Assembly: GCA_003647275.1 (NCBI GenBank)
Contig: QMMN01000009.1
Span: 2,496-66,495 of the forward strand
Reading direction: 5' to 3'
DNA length: 64,000 bases
Source: Deltaproteobacteria bacterium
Lineage (GTDB): Bacteria; Desulfobacterota; Desulfobacteria; Desulfobacterales; C00003060
In this document: piece after piece, positions 28,142-38,250 of the stretch
Layout: every line of letters starts with the position of its first letter
Position numbering within the stretch: position 1 is the first letter of the stretch
Notes under the pieces: generated by a model
Told to the model about the DNA's origin: nothing
The model's input: only the letters and a program-made list of their open reading frames with translations
The model's database searches: none
Translations under genes and position numbers: made by a program

Positions 28142-30379
28142 TCATTTTGTCCACCGGCGAGCTATGGCAATGCTGCCGCCCAAAAGGATCAGGAGGGTCC
28201 CAAACCACAGCAGCGTCATACCAGGTTTGATACTCACCTCAGCGATCACGGCGGGGGGGCTGTTTTGAGCGCTTTTTTCTGCCTCAGATCTCGGCCCCTG
28301 GTAAATAAGACCAATGGTCTTGGCAGTTGCATCTATGCTCACAAGGACAAGGTATGCATCTTCGACCCCGGGCAGCTTAACCCGGCTGGCCGGGCTGTCT
28401 GTTTGGCCTATAGTGATGACCGGTTGTAGTTTGACCGGCTCTCCCCCCTTGTAGGACACCGCAATATTGGCCCCCACACGCATTGTCTGGGCATCTTTGC
28501 GACCCATCATGGCAGATACGTCAAAACCCGTAAATGTAAGTTCGTAGTCATGAAACTGGATCTTATTTCCTTTTTTCAAATGTAAGTGATTTCCTGAACC
28601 ACTTTTCTTCTGGCCGGGGTCGTAATCCAGGGGCGATATGTAAAGGTCTGTAATGAGTCCTCGCCGTATATAGGGATGGACATAACGCTGGGTTTGACCA
28701 TCTCGCGCTCGCTCAGAATAGATATCTGGCTGCGCGATGAATTGAGTGCGTCCCTTTTTGACCTCCAAAGGAAGGTGCAGGCGCATCCCCTTTGCCTCTT
28801 TTAAGAATTTCGGGCCATAGAATTTCATGTCATAGCCCATGGCGGTTTGCACAGCACCCTGTGCCAGGAACACCTTTTCAGACCGATCATAAACAGACGA
28901 TGATATAATGCCCAGAAACATCAAACCAACCCCTAAATGAGCAATGGCAGCGCTGGATATCGTAATTCTCTTTCTGATGAGTCTTGCAGCCAAAAGGATA
29001 TTCATCCCCGCAGCAGCCCCGGCAAGCAGTGAAAGGAGCAACACGCCTATGCCTGGATAACCACTCCATAGGGTGATAACCCCGGATACGATTGCGCCTG
29101 TTATGGCCGAGATTAATTTGGGCAATAGCCTTGAAAGGCTGTTTTTTCCCCAAGCCAGCAGTGGAACAAAGCTCAATAGAAACAGCATAAGAATCGCCAG
29201 GGGCAGGTTTGTATCCACATAAAAGTCCGTTGACACCTTTGATGCCTTTTCAAGCACTCTGGTGATCAGGGGCGCTGATGTGCCCAGGCCGATAATGAGG
29301 ATAGAAAGGCAAAGGATGATGATGGCGGCAATAAAGCCAAACTCTCTGGAAAAATAGCTCAGGCCCTCCCCCTTTTTGGAGACAGGGATTTCCTTTATCC
29401 TGGCGACGAACAATCCTATAGAGATCGCCAAAAAGGCGAACATGAAGAGGAGCAGCCATCCGGTGATGCCAAGATCCACAAAAGAATGCACAGAAAAATC
29501 AGCCAGAACGCCCGACCTGGTCAGAAACGTACAGTATATGACGAGAATAAACGAAAAAGCGGCCAACAAAAAGTTCGTCTTGCGCAATTTGCGCTGCGTT
29601 TGCTGCAAGATCATGCCGTGCATTAATGCGGTTCCTGCAAGCCACGGCAAAAGAGACGCATTTTCTACTGGATCCCAGCCCCAATAGCCACCCCAGCCCA
29701 AGACCTTGTACGACCAATATCCCCCGATGATGATACCGGCTCCCAAGCTCACGAAAGCGAAAACTGTCCACGGGAGGGCAGGCTTGATCCATCCATCATA
29801 TTCTCTGCGCCACAGGGCAGCAACCGCATAAACAAATGGAATGGCAAATGCCGCATAACCCAGAAATACCACGGGCGGGTGGACAACCATCCACGGGTCC
29901 TGCAAGAGCATGTTGAGTCCCTGGCCGTCAGGGGGGGGGAACAGGTATAATTCAAAGGGGCTCTGTTTGATCAACAGAATCACCAGGAAGATGTTGTTCA
30001 GATTGTAAATGAGCATTACGTGGGGCTCCATGTCCCGTGCCTTGAACATGAGCAAGAGACCAAGCCAGGATCCAAGTAATACCCAAAGCAGGAAGCTGCC
30101 TTCCTGGCCTGCCCAGAAGGAACTGATCAAATATTTTAAGGGGAGATCCCGGGACGAGTATCGGGCCACATAGGTGTAAATAAAATCATGATTGAGTATG
30201 AAGTGCATTAAAAGTAATGAGGCAATCGTCACAAAGGCGGCAAAGCCGGCAAAGCCCAGACGGGCAGTGTTTCGGGCAAAGATGTTTTCTTTTTTAAAGC
30301 ACAGCACCATGTAGCATATTGAGGATATGCACACAGCAATCAGCCCCAACCATATTGTCACTTGGCCGAGATTGTTCAT
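28142..30379 (-). CDS. ccmF: Cytochrome c heme lyase CcmF
   Basis: WAGQEGS, HPPVVFLGY, WGGYWGWDPVENAS, LTRSG..SVHSF. Confidence 0.93.
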   Translation of the reverse strand: MNNLGQVTIWLGLIAVCISSICYMVLCFKKENIFARNTARLGFAGFAAFVTIASLLLMHFILNHDFIYTYVARYSSRDLPLKYLISSFWAGQEGSFLLWVLLGSWLGLLLMFKARDMEPHVMLIYNLNNIFLVILLIKQSPFELYLFPPPDGQGLNMLLQDPWMVVHPPVVFLGYAAFAIPFVYAVAALWRREYDGWIKPALPWTVFAFVSLGAGIIIGGYWSYKVLGWGGYWGWDPVENASLLPWLAGTALMHGMILQQTQRKLRKTNFLLAAFSFILVIYCTFLTRSGVLADFSVHSFVDLGITGWLLLFMFAFLAISIGLFVARIKEIPVSKKGEGLSYFSREFGFIAAIIILCLSILIIGLGTSAPLITRVLEKASKVSTDFYVDTNLPLAILMLFLLSFVPLLAWGKNSLSRLLPKLISAITGAIVSGVITLWSGYPGIGVLLLSLLAGAAAGMNILLAARLIRKRITISSAAIAHLGVGLMFLGIISSSVYDRSEKVFLAQGAVQTAMGYDMKFYGPKFLKEAKGMRLHLPLEVKKGRTQFIAQPDIYSERARDGQTQRYVHPYIRRGLITDLYISPLDYDPGQKKSGSGNHLHLKKGNKIQFHDYELTFTGFDVSAMMGRKDAQTMRVGANIAVSYKGGEPVKLQPVITIGQTDSPASRVKLPGVEDAYLVLVSIDATAKTIGLIYQGPRSEAEKSAQNSPPAVIAEVSIKPGMTLLWFGTLLILLGGSIAIARRWTK

Positions 30380-30756
30380 TTCCCCTTGACTCGTCCTTCA
30401 TATTTTGTGGGGCATTTGACCAACAGCTCTCGGGCTGCAAAGACCTGCTTTTTTGGCTCATATTGACCTATCGCAACGATCTTGGTCACATCATCAAGGT
30501 TTGCAGGCCTTGGGCCATCATATTGCACGACCATTTCATCACCGCTATCTTCTCGCAGGGTAAAAAACAAGCTGTTGCTTTTCAAATCATACCTTTTACT
30601 ACCCTTAACCACAATGCCTGCAACCTGCACGGGGCACTTGCTCACCTTGGCCTCACTGACACTTACATAACTGGTTAAGGTCGATTTAAAAGAATACATG
30701 GCCATGACCATGGCCAAGACAATAATGATGGCGCCAATAATGTAGGACTTCTTCAT
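30376..30756 (-). CDS. ccmE: Heme chaperone CcmE, CxxxY type
   Basis: N-terminal TM, C-terminal LVKCPTKYE. Confidence 0.9.
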   Translation of the reverse strand: MKKSYIIGAIIIVLAMVMAMYSFKSTLTSYVSVSEAKVSKCPVQVAGIVVKGSKRYDLKSNSLFFTLREDSGDEMVVQYDGPRPANLDDVTKIVAIGQYEPKKQVFAARELLVKCPTKYEGRVKGK

Positions 30757-30881
30757 CTATCCTTATCCGTGGACTCCTGTTCCAATTTCTTGATCCGTCG
30801 GTCCAAAACGAACAGATAAAAGGCAATGCCAAACCATATAATCAGATTAACGCCCGTGACAAAACCTAAACCTTCTTTCAT
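30753..30881 (-). CDS. ccmD: CcmD (42 aa), not in the ORF track
   Basis: MKEGLGFVTGVNLIIWFGIAFYLFVLDRRIKKLEQESTDKDR; aggag RBS; between ccmC and ccmE with an ATGA overlap. Confidence 0.8.
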   Translation of the reverse strand: MKEGLGFVTGVNLIIWFGIAFYLFVLDRRIKKLEQESTDKDR

Positions 30882-30910
30882 GTCTCTTCTCCTTCGGCAT
30901 TTCCGCAAAA

Positions 30911-30940
30911 AACGCCATCTGCGGCGTTGCTCTGCATCCC
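30911..30940. repeat. Short hairpin (aacgcc-atctgc-ggcgtt), probable truncated interspersed repeat
   Basis: Palindrome in the ccmC-ccmD spacer; single copy in this window. Confidence 0.35.
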
Positions 30941-30947
30941 TGCCCTG

Positions 30948-31610
30948 TTAGATAAAATCCCCAAAACGGGGTTCCTTCAAACCTTCCAATCTTAATATTC
31001 TCATTTTTAATCGAAGCATCCAGACAAACAATCCTGTGTAGGCAAGTAATGAACCTAAAAACACCTTTAACGTTTTCGGGTCCATGCCGGGCTGAGTGGG
31101 ATTCATGGTGTTTTCAGGGTGGAGTGATGCCGTGATCCGCGGTACAACAAAGATTAAAAACGGTACCGTTGTGAAGGCCAAAATTGAATACACTGCGGCA
31201 AACACACGCTTTCGTTCCGGATCAGGGACTGCTGATCGGAGGGCAAAATAGGCCCCATAGATCATAAGGAGTATGACAATAGAAGTCTCCCGTGGATCCC
31301 AATTCCAGAATGAACCCCAGGTCGCTTTGGCAAATATAGAGCCGGTCACCGTGGCAAGAACACAGAATAAAAACCCAAGCTCCGCGGCCGATTGGGCCAA
31401 GTAGTCCGCCTTGAGGTTGCGTTTGGCCAGATAGGTGGCGCTTGCGATCATGGATACCAAAAAAGAGAGTGTGGCGACCCATGCCTGGGGGACATGAAAA
31501 AACAAGATGCGGGATGTCTCGCCAGGGAACCCAACGGCTGCTTCTGTATACAAAAAAGCGGCCACGATGATAACAGCCATCCATATGCTCAACATGGCTT
31601 TAAGAATCAT
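30948..31610 (-). CDS. ccmC: Heme exporter CcmC
   Basis: FFHVPQAW, WGSFWNWDPRE (WWD domain), SLHP. Confidence 0.92.
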   Translation of the reverse strand: MILKAMLSIWMAVIIVAAFLYTEAAVGFPGETSRILFFHVPQAWVATLSFLVSMIASATYLAKRNLKADYLAQSAAELGFLFCVLATVTGSIFAKATWGSFWNWDPRETSIVILLMIYGAYFALRSAVPDPERKRVFAAVYSILAFTTVPFLIFVVPRITASLHPENTMNPTQPGMDPKTLKVFLGSLLAYTGLFVWMLRLKMRILRLEGLKEPRFGDFI

Positions 31611-31624
31611 AGCCTGACGGACCC

Positions 31625-32338
31625 TCACTCTTCCCAGACCAGTGGAAATAAGAATAATGACACAACCATCATGATCATCACATAGGCAACAGCGATTTTA
31701 ACCTCAGCCCACCCTGCTGTGCCCATACCGATGGCAGCCCTTTCACATCCCTTGATAGCCGTAATCATCAGGGGCAAAAGGAGCGGAAAAGACAGGGCTG
31801 AAAATAGTGCGCCGCGGGCGCTGGCCTGGGCTATCATGGCTGCCACGATGGTGGTACCTGCACCTAAACCAAAGCCGCCACTGATGATCATAGCCGCAAA
31901 AAAGCCAGGATATTCTATCTCGTATTTCATCAACAGGATAAACGACGGTACGATAATTAACTCTAACGCCCCCAAAAGGGTTAAGTTGAAAAACAGTTTT
32001 CCCAAAAATACGGCCTGTGGGCGGGCAGAGAGCCTCAAGGCATCCATGGTCCCGGCTTCTTCTTCTTTGACAAAGGAGCGAGAAAGACCGGACAGTGCGG
32101 AAAAGACCAGGATAATCCATAATAGCACTGCGTACAAGAAGGGCTTTTCAGACGCCTCGATGCGGAAAGAGCCTATTGAAAAGCTCACAGCCACAAGGGT
32201 GGTTACAGCGAACATCAGGATGGCATTGACCGCATAGCGTGTTCTGAACTCAATGCGTAGATCACGAAGCCAGATTGCAATCGCTTCACTTAGATAGGTT
32301 GATGACCCTGTCTGCGTAGTCCACCTCCCGCCTTTCAT
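31625..32338 (-). CDS. ccmB: Heme exporter CcmB (start uncertain)
   Basis: DLRIEFR, RSFVKEEEAGTMDAL, LSFPLLLP. Confidence 0.88.
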   Translation of the reverse strand: MKGGRWTTQTGSSTYLSEAIAIWLRDLRIEFRTRYAVNAILMFAVTTLVAVSFSIGSFRIEASEKPFLYAVLLWIILVFSALSGLSRSFVKEEEAGTMDALRLSARPQAVFLGKLFFNLTLLGALELIIVPSFILLMKYEIEYPGFFAAMIISGGFGLGAGTTIVAAMIAQASARGALFSALSFPLLLPLMITAIKGCERAAIGMGTAGWAEVKIAVAYVMIMMVVSLFLFPLVWEE

Positions 32339-32903
32339 TGGATGCGATCACCGCCATGCCAAACTGCCGCTGATCTGAAATAATATCCTCTACAATTTTC
32401 ATTCCTTTGCTGTCAAGATTGCATCCAGGTTCATCTAACAATAATAGCGGTGGATTATGGAGAATCGCCTGAACAAGTTTCAAGCGCTGCTTCATGCCTG
32501 AAGAGTAATTCCTGCACATTTTTTCGGCCTGCTCGCTTAACCCAATGCGCTCCATGATATTGAGACAGTTTCTCCGATCATAGGCGATGCCCCGGACCCT
32601 ACAAAAAAATTCCATATTCTCAAGGGCCGTCAACTCTTCATACAAAGATAAAGCCGGCGCTGCCATACCAATAAACTGTCGCCTCGATTCTTTTGGGATG
32701 GGCGCATTTTTGCAAAACATTTCAACCCGACCGCATGAAGGCCTAACAAGGCCGGCAATAATACGCAGCAGGGTGCTCTTGCCAGAGCCGTTCCACCCAA
32801 TAATAGCCAAGACCTCTCCCGGGTTCAACCGAAAGGAGAGGTCCTTGAACAGGAGTGTTGAGGAATAGTATTTGGTTAGGTTGGTAACACTTAATGAATA
32901 CAT
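32286..32903 (-). CDS. ccmA: Heme exporter ATP-binding CcmA
   Basis: GWNGSGKS, LYEELTALEN, YSSGMKQR, LLDEP; heads the ccm operon. Confidence 0.88.
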   Translation of the reverse strand: MYSLSVTNLTKYYSSTLLFKDLSFRLNPGEVLAIIGWNGSGKSTLLRIIAGLVRPSCGRVEMFCKNAPIPKESRRQFIGMAAPALSLYEELTALENMEFFCRVRGIAYDRRNCLNIMERIGLSEQAEKMCRNYSSGMKQRLKLVQAILHNPPLLLLDEPGCNLDSKGMKIVEDIISDQRQFGMAVIASNERREVDYADRVINLSK

Positions 32904-33043
32904 GGAAAAATCGTAAATTTGCCTTGATTTTACGCAAAAATTTAAGTTAGGCTAACATAGAATTTGTATCAACTTCACAAGCATTGATCAAGCTTGCACA
33001 AAGTACTGTGTCTCAGAAGGTAACCTTATGTTTACTGGCAAAA

Positions 33044-34609
33044 ATGACTAAGATTTTTAATTATAGCAAAATATATATTGTAAGTCTATCTGTCATTCTC
33101 ATGATTTTGGCCTACCCATGGAGCTGTGTCCAGTGCCTTTTTGCCGAACAAAGACTTGATAGCCCCGATGAATCTGTGCCCGGTGCCTACCCCGAGCAGA
33201 CCGACCCAGGTGATAGCGCGGATAAATTCGTGTTGAATAAGATTAGCTGCGTTTATATTATCCGGGAGGATTATGATGGGTTAGGGTTATCTTATCCGTC
33301 TAGATTGTTTGTCGATCCTGTAAAAAAGGAAATCTATATCACCGATTCTGGACGCAGCAGAATATTGGTCTATACACACGACTATTATCCCCTCATTACC
33401 ATTGGCAAATCAGATGGCGTTGAAGTCCCCGTGGGCTTGGCCGTTGATCCGAAAGGATACCTTTTTGTTGCCCAGTCGCCATCCCGGAAACATCAAAGGG
33501 GCAGGATATCGGTGCTTAATCCTTGTTTAAGGTGGAAAAGGGATATTTTTTTTGACGGTTTTGAAGGCGCAGAGAAATTTCACCCAAACAATATTGCCAT
33601 TAACGACGAAGGACGTCTTTATGTAACCGGCATCGGCTTTCGAGGCGTGGTGGTTTTGAATAGAGAAGGAACATTTTCCCATCTTTTAACCCCCACCGAC
33701 AAACTCGGAAAAGGGGAAGAGGAAAGGGCTACAATATGCGACGTGGATATAGACGACTCAGGACGAATATACCTTTTAAGCGAAGATATGGGGCGCATTT
33801 ATGTGTATGACCGGCAAGAGCGTTTTCTGTTTAAGTTTGGGCAAAAGGGAGGAAGTTCCGGAAAACTGAGCCGCCCCCGGGGGCTGGCTGTGGACAGCCG
33901 CACCAAACGGATTTATGTCATCGACTACATGCGCCATACCGCTTCTGCTTATTCAGATAAGGGGCATTTTTTGTTCGAGTTCGGGGGGTTCGGCTGGGCA
34001 AAGGGATGGTTTCAGTATCCCAATGATATCGGGGTAGACACAATGGGAAACGTGCTGATAGCAGATACCTTTAATAACAGGGTGCAGGTGCTTGGCATTT
34101 CGACGTCCAAGCTCGATACTCAGCCAAAACCGGATGTCATGGTAGAGATAGGACCTTTGGCTTCAAAAAAAGAGCGACAAAGACAAGAGGGATTAGAGGG
34201 TGTGACTGACGAGACCGAATCCAAAGATAGGCCTGCTTTTGAGGAGACACAAGAACTCGAAAGCAAGAAATCAATAAAAGAGATAAAGAAGTTCGTCTAT
34301 TCATGGAGAGCGGCATGGCAAGCGCAGGAGATTGAAAGATATATATCACATTATGATGAGGAATTTTCAAGTGGTGACATGGACCTGCACAAGTGGTCAA
34401 AGTATAAAGAAAGGTTATTTAGGACGAAAAAAATAAAAAATATTGTGATTGAGGACATGAAGATCACGCAATCAAAAGATCTTGTTATTGTATGTTTTTT
34501 ACAAAGATACGTATCTGATAAGTACACGGACATTGGGAAGAAATATCTGTATTTAAAAAGGCGGGGGAATCGCTGGAAAATCATCCAGGAAAAATGGGTT
34601 TCGCAATAA
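33044..34609 (+). CDS. NHL-repeat beta-propeller with C-terminal NTF2-like (Csd6/Cds6_C-like) domain
   Basis: NHL repeats (LSRPRGLAVD, FQYPNDIGVD..IADTFNNRVQV); tail 'WRAAWQAQEIERYISHY...QRYVSDKYTDIGKK.L.....WKIIQE'. Confidence 0.8.
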   Translation: MTKIFNYSKIYIVSLSVILMILAYPWSCVQCLFAEQRLDSPDESVPGAYPEQTDPGDSADKFVLNKISCVYIIREDYDGLGLSYPSRLFVDPVKKEIYITDSGRSRILVYTHDYYPLITIGKSDGVEVPVGLAVDPKGYLFVAQSPSRKHQRGRISVLNPCLRWKRDIFFDGFEGAEKFHPNNIAINDEGRLYVTGIGFRGVVVLNREGTFSHLLTPTDKLGKGEEERATICDVDIDDSGRIYLLSEDMGRIYVYDRQERFLFKFGQKGGSSGKLSRPRGLAVDSRTKRIYVIDYMRHTASAYSDKGHFLFEFGGFGWAKGWFQYPNDIGVDTMGNVLIADTFNNRVQVLGISTSKLDTQPKPDVMVEIGPLASKKERQRQEGLEGVTDETESKDRPAFEETQELESKKSIKEIKKFVYSWRAAWQAQEIERYISHYDEEFSSGDMDLHKWSKYKERLFRTKKIKNIVIEDMKITQSKDLVIVCFLQRYVSDKYTDIGKKYLYLKRRGNRWKIIQEKWVSQ

Positions 34610-36006
34610 AAAATCTTTTCCGACTGATTGTGGCCGTATTGCTCGCAATATGCGTGCCTTCATGTGTGTTTGGACCGCATCCCAAACACTTACAGTCTAC
34701 TGAGCAGGGCCAGATCTTTCTCTACCTCTCCTGTCCTGTGAAACCCACGTTTGATATCAGCTTCTCTATCTCCGGCATGAGCTTTATGAACAAGGACGGA
34801 GCATGGATCGATGTGGCGCTGGAGCGGTCTGTCGATTCTGAAGAGGTTTCAGAAAGGCAGATTAAATTGTCCGAGTTTTATCTCCCTGCCGGAAAGTATA
34901 AACGGATTAAGTGGACTTTTTCTGAGGCAAAGGTGAAGAAGGACAACAAAAGCTTTACCTTGGCCCTAGCCCAGCCCCGGGGAGAGTATTCTGTGGAGTT
35001 CGAGTTCTCTGTTTTAGGCCGTGAAAGCCTGTGTCTCTTTGCCGACTGGGATCCAGAACAATCTGTTTTCGAAAAATATCTGTTTAGGCCGGCGCTGACG
35101 ATTCGGAAACAGGGTATAGAAATTACAAACACCTTAATCTATACAACAAATTCTGGCTCTGACTGCGTTACGATTATAGACAGGCAACAGGATATGGTCG
35201 TGGCAACCGTTGCAGTAGGCACAGCACCCCTTGGTATTGTGGCAAGCACAGATGGGCGCAAGGTCTATGTCGCTAATTCCGGTTCAAACACGATTTCTGT
35301 TATTGATACGGCGACAAACAGGGTGGTCAACACGATCACCAATTTTGGTTACAGCCCTGCTGAGCTGGCCCTGTCCCCAGATGACCAAACCCTTTACGCA
35401 ACCAACCCCGATTCAGACAGTGTCTCTGTTATAGACACTGTCTCCTGTATGGTAACTGACAGAATACCTGTGGGGGATCACCCTACATGTATCCTTGTCG
35501 ATCAAGACAGGCGCAAGGTCTATGTAACAAATACAGCGGCACATACCATATCCGTCATTGATATGTATACACAATCTGTGGAAAATACGATCTCAGTTGG
35601 CCTGAATCCTGTTGGGATGGTTATCCACGAAGATACGTTATATGTGGCCAATTCGGGTTCAGACAATATCTATGCAATCGAGATTCCTTCCTATACAGTC
35701 ACAAAGACGATTTCTGTTGGGCAAAAGCCTTCGAGGCTCCTATCTGGTCTGCGAGGGCACATTTACGTATCCAATGCAAACAGTAACGAAATTTCTTTTG
35801 TTTACCCGGCCATGGGCCTGGTGACCAGAAGCATATCCACAGGTAACCTTCCTTTAGAGATGGCTATTGACGAGTGGAGAAGAAAACTTTATGTCGTAAA
35901 TTCAATGTCAGAGGATGTATCTATTATAGACGTTCCAACATACAACATCAAAGGTATGATTCAGGTTGGAAGGAATCCCCACGGCATTGTCTTGATTCAA
36001 GAATAA
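34594..36006 (+). CDS. YVTN/YncE beta-propeller lipoprotein
   Basis: Lipobox-like VPSC; repeats YVANSGSNTISVID, YVTNTAAHTISVID, VG..P.G. Confidence 0.85.
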   Translation: MGFAIKNLFRLIVAVLLAICVPSCVFGPHPKHLQSTEQGQIFLYLSCPVKPTFDISFSISGMSFMNKDGAWIDVALERSVDSEEVSERQIKLSEFYLPAGKYKRIKWTFSEAKVKKDNKSFTLALAQPRGEYSVEFEFSVLGRESLCLFADWDPEQSVFEKYLFRPALTIRKQGIEITNTLIYTTNSGSDCVTIIDRQQDMVVATVAVGTAPLGIVASTDGRKVYVANSGSNTISVIDTATNRVVNTITNFGYSPAELALSPDDQTLYATNPDSDSVSVIDTVSCMVTDRIPVGDHPTCILVDQDRRKVYVTNTAAHTISVIDMYTQSVENTISVGLNPVGMVIHEDTLYVANSGSDNIYAIEIPSYTVTKTISVGQKPSRLLSGLRGHIYVSNANSNEISFVYPAMGLVTRSISTGNLPLEMAIDEWRRKLYVVNSMSEDVSIIDVPTYNIKGMIQVGRNPHGIVLIQE

Positions 36007-36055
36007 TGGGAAAAACGAATAGCTGTCAATTCACCCTGACCACTGATGATTTACC

Positions 36056-38239
36056 ATGAACATAGAGTCTTTGACCACGGAAAGCGCCCTGTTTGCCCTC
36101 CCCTCCATCTGTTCGCGCGTTTGTGTCTTGGTGGTTATGGTTTTGATCCTAACACTGGGTTCCTTTCGGGACGCTTATGCCAGAGGCGATATACGGGGTT
36201 CGGCCAACCTTTCTTATAGGTCCACCGAAATAAAAACGGCCCAAGGAAAGAAAAGCTCCTGGAGTCTTAACCAGCTGTACAACATTGGGCTTTCTAAAGC
36301 GTTTACACCCAAAGTCAACTTTACCGCTGATCTCGGCATCAATATCAGTGAAACAGATGATACCAAAACCACCCGCCTCTATCCGGATATGAGGCTAAGC
36401 CTGTCAAATGAATATTTTAATGCGAATGCCGGTTATCGGTTGACCGAAAAAGGCCTGGATATCTTGACCATGGTCTCAGATGAAGAGCGGTTTACCACCG
36501 AATCCTGGAATACCAATTTTTCCACAAAGTCCGAGAAATACCCTAGGGTCCGACTCCGTTACAATCAAGACAAAAGTTATGACCACCTGTCAGTTCATGA
36601 GACAAACACCAAAACGGACAGATTTGCGGGAAGGGCTGATTATGCCTATCGGTTTTTAAACCTTTACTACCAGTATACCAACAAAATTTCAGATGATTAT
36701 GTTGTAGATAAAACCCAGGAGACCAATACCCATGAGGGGAGAATGAGTTTCAATAAGTCTTTTTGGCGCAAGAAGATCACCTCTTCTGGGAGCTATTCAA
36801 TCAACACGAGCAACACAGAAACCACGGCAAGGGGTCAAGATATCACTGTTTCCGACAAAAAGACGGCTTCTGATGGACTGTATGCCAACAATCCCGCTGC
36901 TCCGCTTAACATACAACTTGATTCTCGTGCGTCGCTCATAGATGGGAACACGAGCACAAGCACGGGAATAAACATCGGCGCCAATACAAATCAGAACATC
37001 GGACTGGACCTGACTTTTTCGACTGAGATTGAAAAGATATATCTTTATACGACCACGCCAGATACCTTTTTTAACAAGAACGCCTACACATGGGCTGTTC
37101 ATTACAGCAGTGATAATCAAAACTGGACACAGTTAACCCCGGCAGCCAGCTTCGATTATAACACGAACCAAGAGCGGTTTGAGGTCTCGTTTACAAAGAC
37201 ATCGGCTCGGTATTTTAAGATGGTCAACACAGCAACCGATGGGAGAGACCTTGATGTGACAGAGATCGAGGCATATGGCTTTAAGACCCAGTCCGCTTAT
37301 ACCACAACCGAGACCCAGAGGACGACTCAAAACATCCAAGCCAACCTCGGGTTCAGGCCTTTAGACTGGCTCTCTTTTACATACAATTTTTCGCAAGACC
37401 AGCAAAAGACCGAGGAGGCATCCGACTCAACCAAAACCAGGCAGTCAAGCCATAACATAAGCGGCCGCGCGGCAAAAGGGTTTCAGCTTCACAAGTATCT
37501 CAAGGTCCAGCCCGAGTATCACAGACAGCAGAAATATGAATATGACTCTGAAGCAGGGACAAAGCATAAATCGACAGATATATATCGAATACACCTTTTT
37601 TCGTCCCCCCTAAAGACACTTGATACCGACCTCTCTCTGAATCACAGGGTATTGAAAGAAGACTCTGAAACGCAGACAAGGACTTCATCTGCGCTGCTGC
37701 ACATCGTGGCCAAGCTTCGTGAGGGCGCAAACCTGGACATAGACGGAGACATGACCCGTTCTGAAAATCTTGTAGGTGAAACCGTGTCAACCTCAAGATC
37801 TATTAATTCAACCCTCCGCCTTGAGCTTACCAGTGCATTGACAACTGAAATAGAGTATAATATAAATTGGTCGGAAACAGAAGCGCCAACCGGGGGTACA
37901 ACCGGGCGTCGTTCCGATACACAAACAACCATCTACTGGCGGCCTTCACACGAATTGTATTTCAGGGGATCCTACCGTATCGGCCGGGATGAAGAGTCGG
38001 GGGAGGAAACCTCTCAGCATAGCTATCAGATAAACTGGCTGATGACCAAAAAGGTACAGCTCAGAATGGATTATACCATAGACAGGAGTGGGACGATCAT
38101 GACAAGCTATTCGTCTGACCTTTCATGGAATTTAAGCCAGATGATGTCGCTTCGGTTCGGATATGCCTGGAGTCGCCAGGAAGCAGATACGCAAACACAG
38201 ACGCAAACCATAACCACAGATTTTTCGGCAAGGTTTTAA
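36056..38239 (+). CDS. Large outer-membrane beta-barrel protein with inserted discoidin/F5-8-like domain
   Basis: Signal peptide (AYA), alternating amphipathic Ser/Thr/Tyr-rich strands, C-terminal FSARF; internal LIDGN...YSSDNQNW...ARYFKMV...EIEAYG. Confidence 0.75.
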   Translation: MNIESLTTESALFALPSICSRVCVLVVMVLILTLGSFRDAYARGDIRGSANLSYRSTEIKTAQGKKSSWSLNQLYNIGLSKAFTPKVNFTADLGINISETDDTKTTRLYPDMRLSLSNEYFNANAGYRLTEKGLDILTMVSDEERFTTESWNTNFSTKSEKYPRVRLRYNQDKSYDHLSVHETNTKTDRFAGRADYAYRFLNLYYQYTNKISDDYVVDKTQETNTHEGRMSFNKSFWRKKITSSGSYSINTSNTETTARGQDITVSDKKTASDGLYANNPAAPLNIQLDSRASLIDGNTSTSTGINIGANTNQNIGLDLTFSTEIEKIYLYTTTPDTFFNKNAYTWAVHYSSDNQNWTQLTPAASFDYNTNQERFEVSFTKTSARYFKMVNTATDGRDLDVTEIEAYGFKTQSAYTTTETQRTTQNIQANLGFRPLDWLSFTYNFSQDQQKTEEASDSTKTRQSSHNISGRAAKGFQLHKYLKVQPEYHRQQKYEYDSEAGTKHKSTDIYRIHLFSSPLKTLDTDLSLNHRVLKEDSETQTRTSSALLHIVAKLREGANLDIDGDMTRSENLVGETVSTSRSINSTLRLELTSALTTEIEYNINWSETEAPTGGTTGRRSDTQTTIYWRPSHELYFRGSYRIGRDEESGEETSQHSYQINWLMTKKVQLRMDYTIDRSGTIMTSYSSDLSWNLSQMMSLRFGYAWSRQEADTQTQTQTITTDFSARF

Positions 38240-38250
38240 ATGGTGGGACA

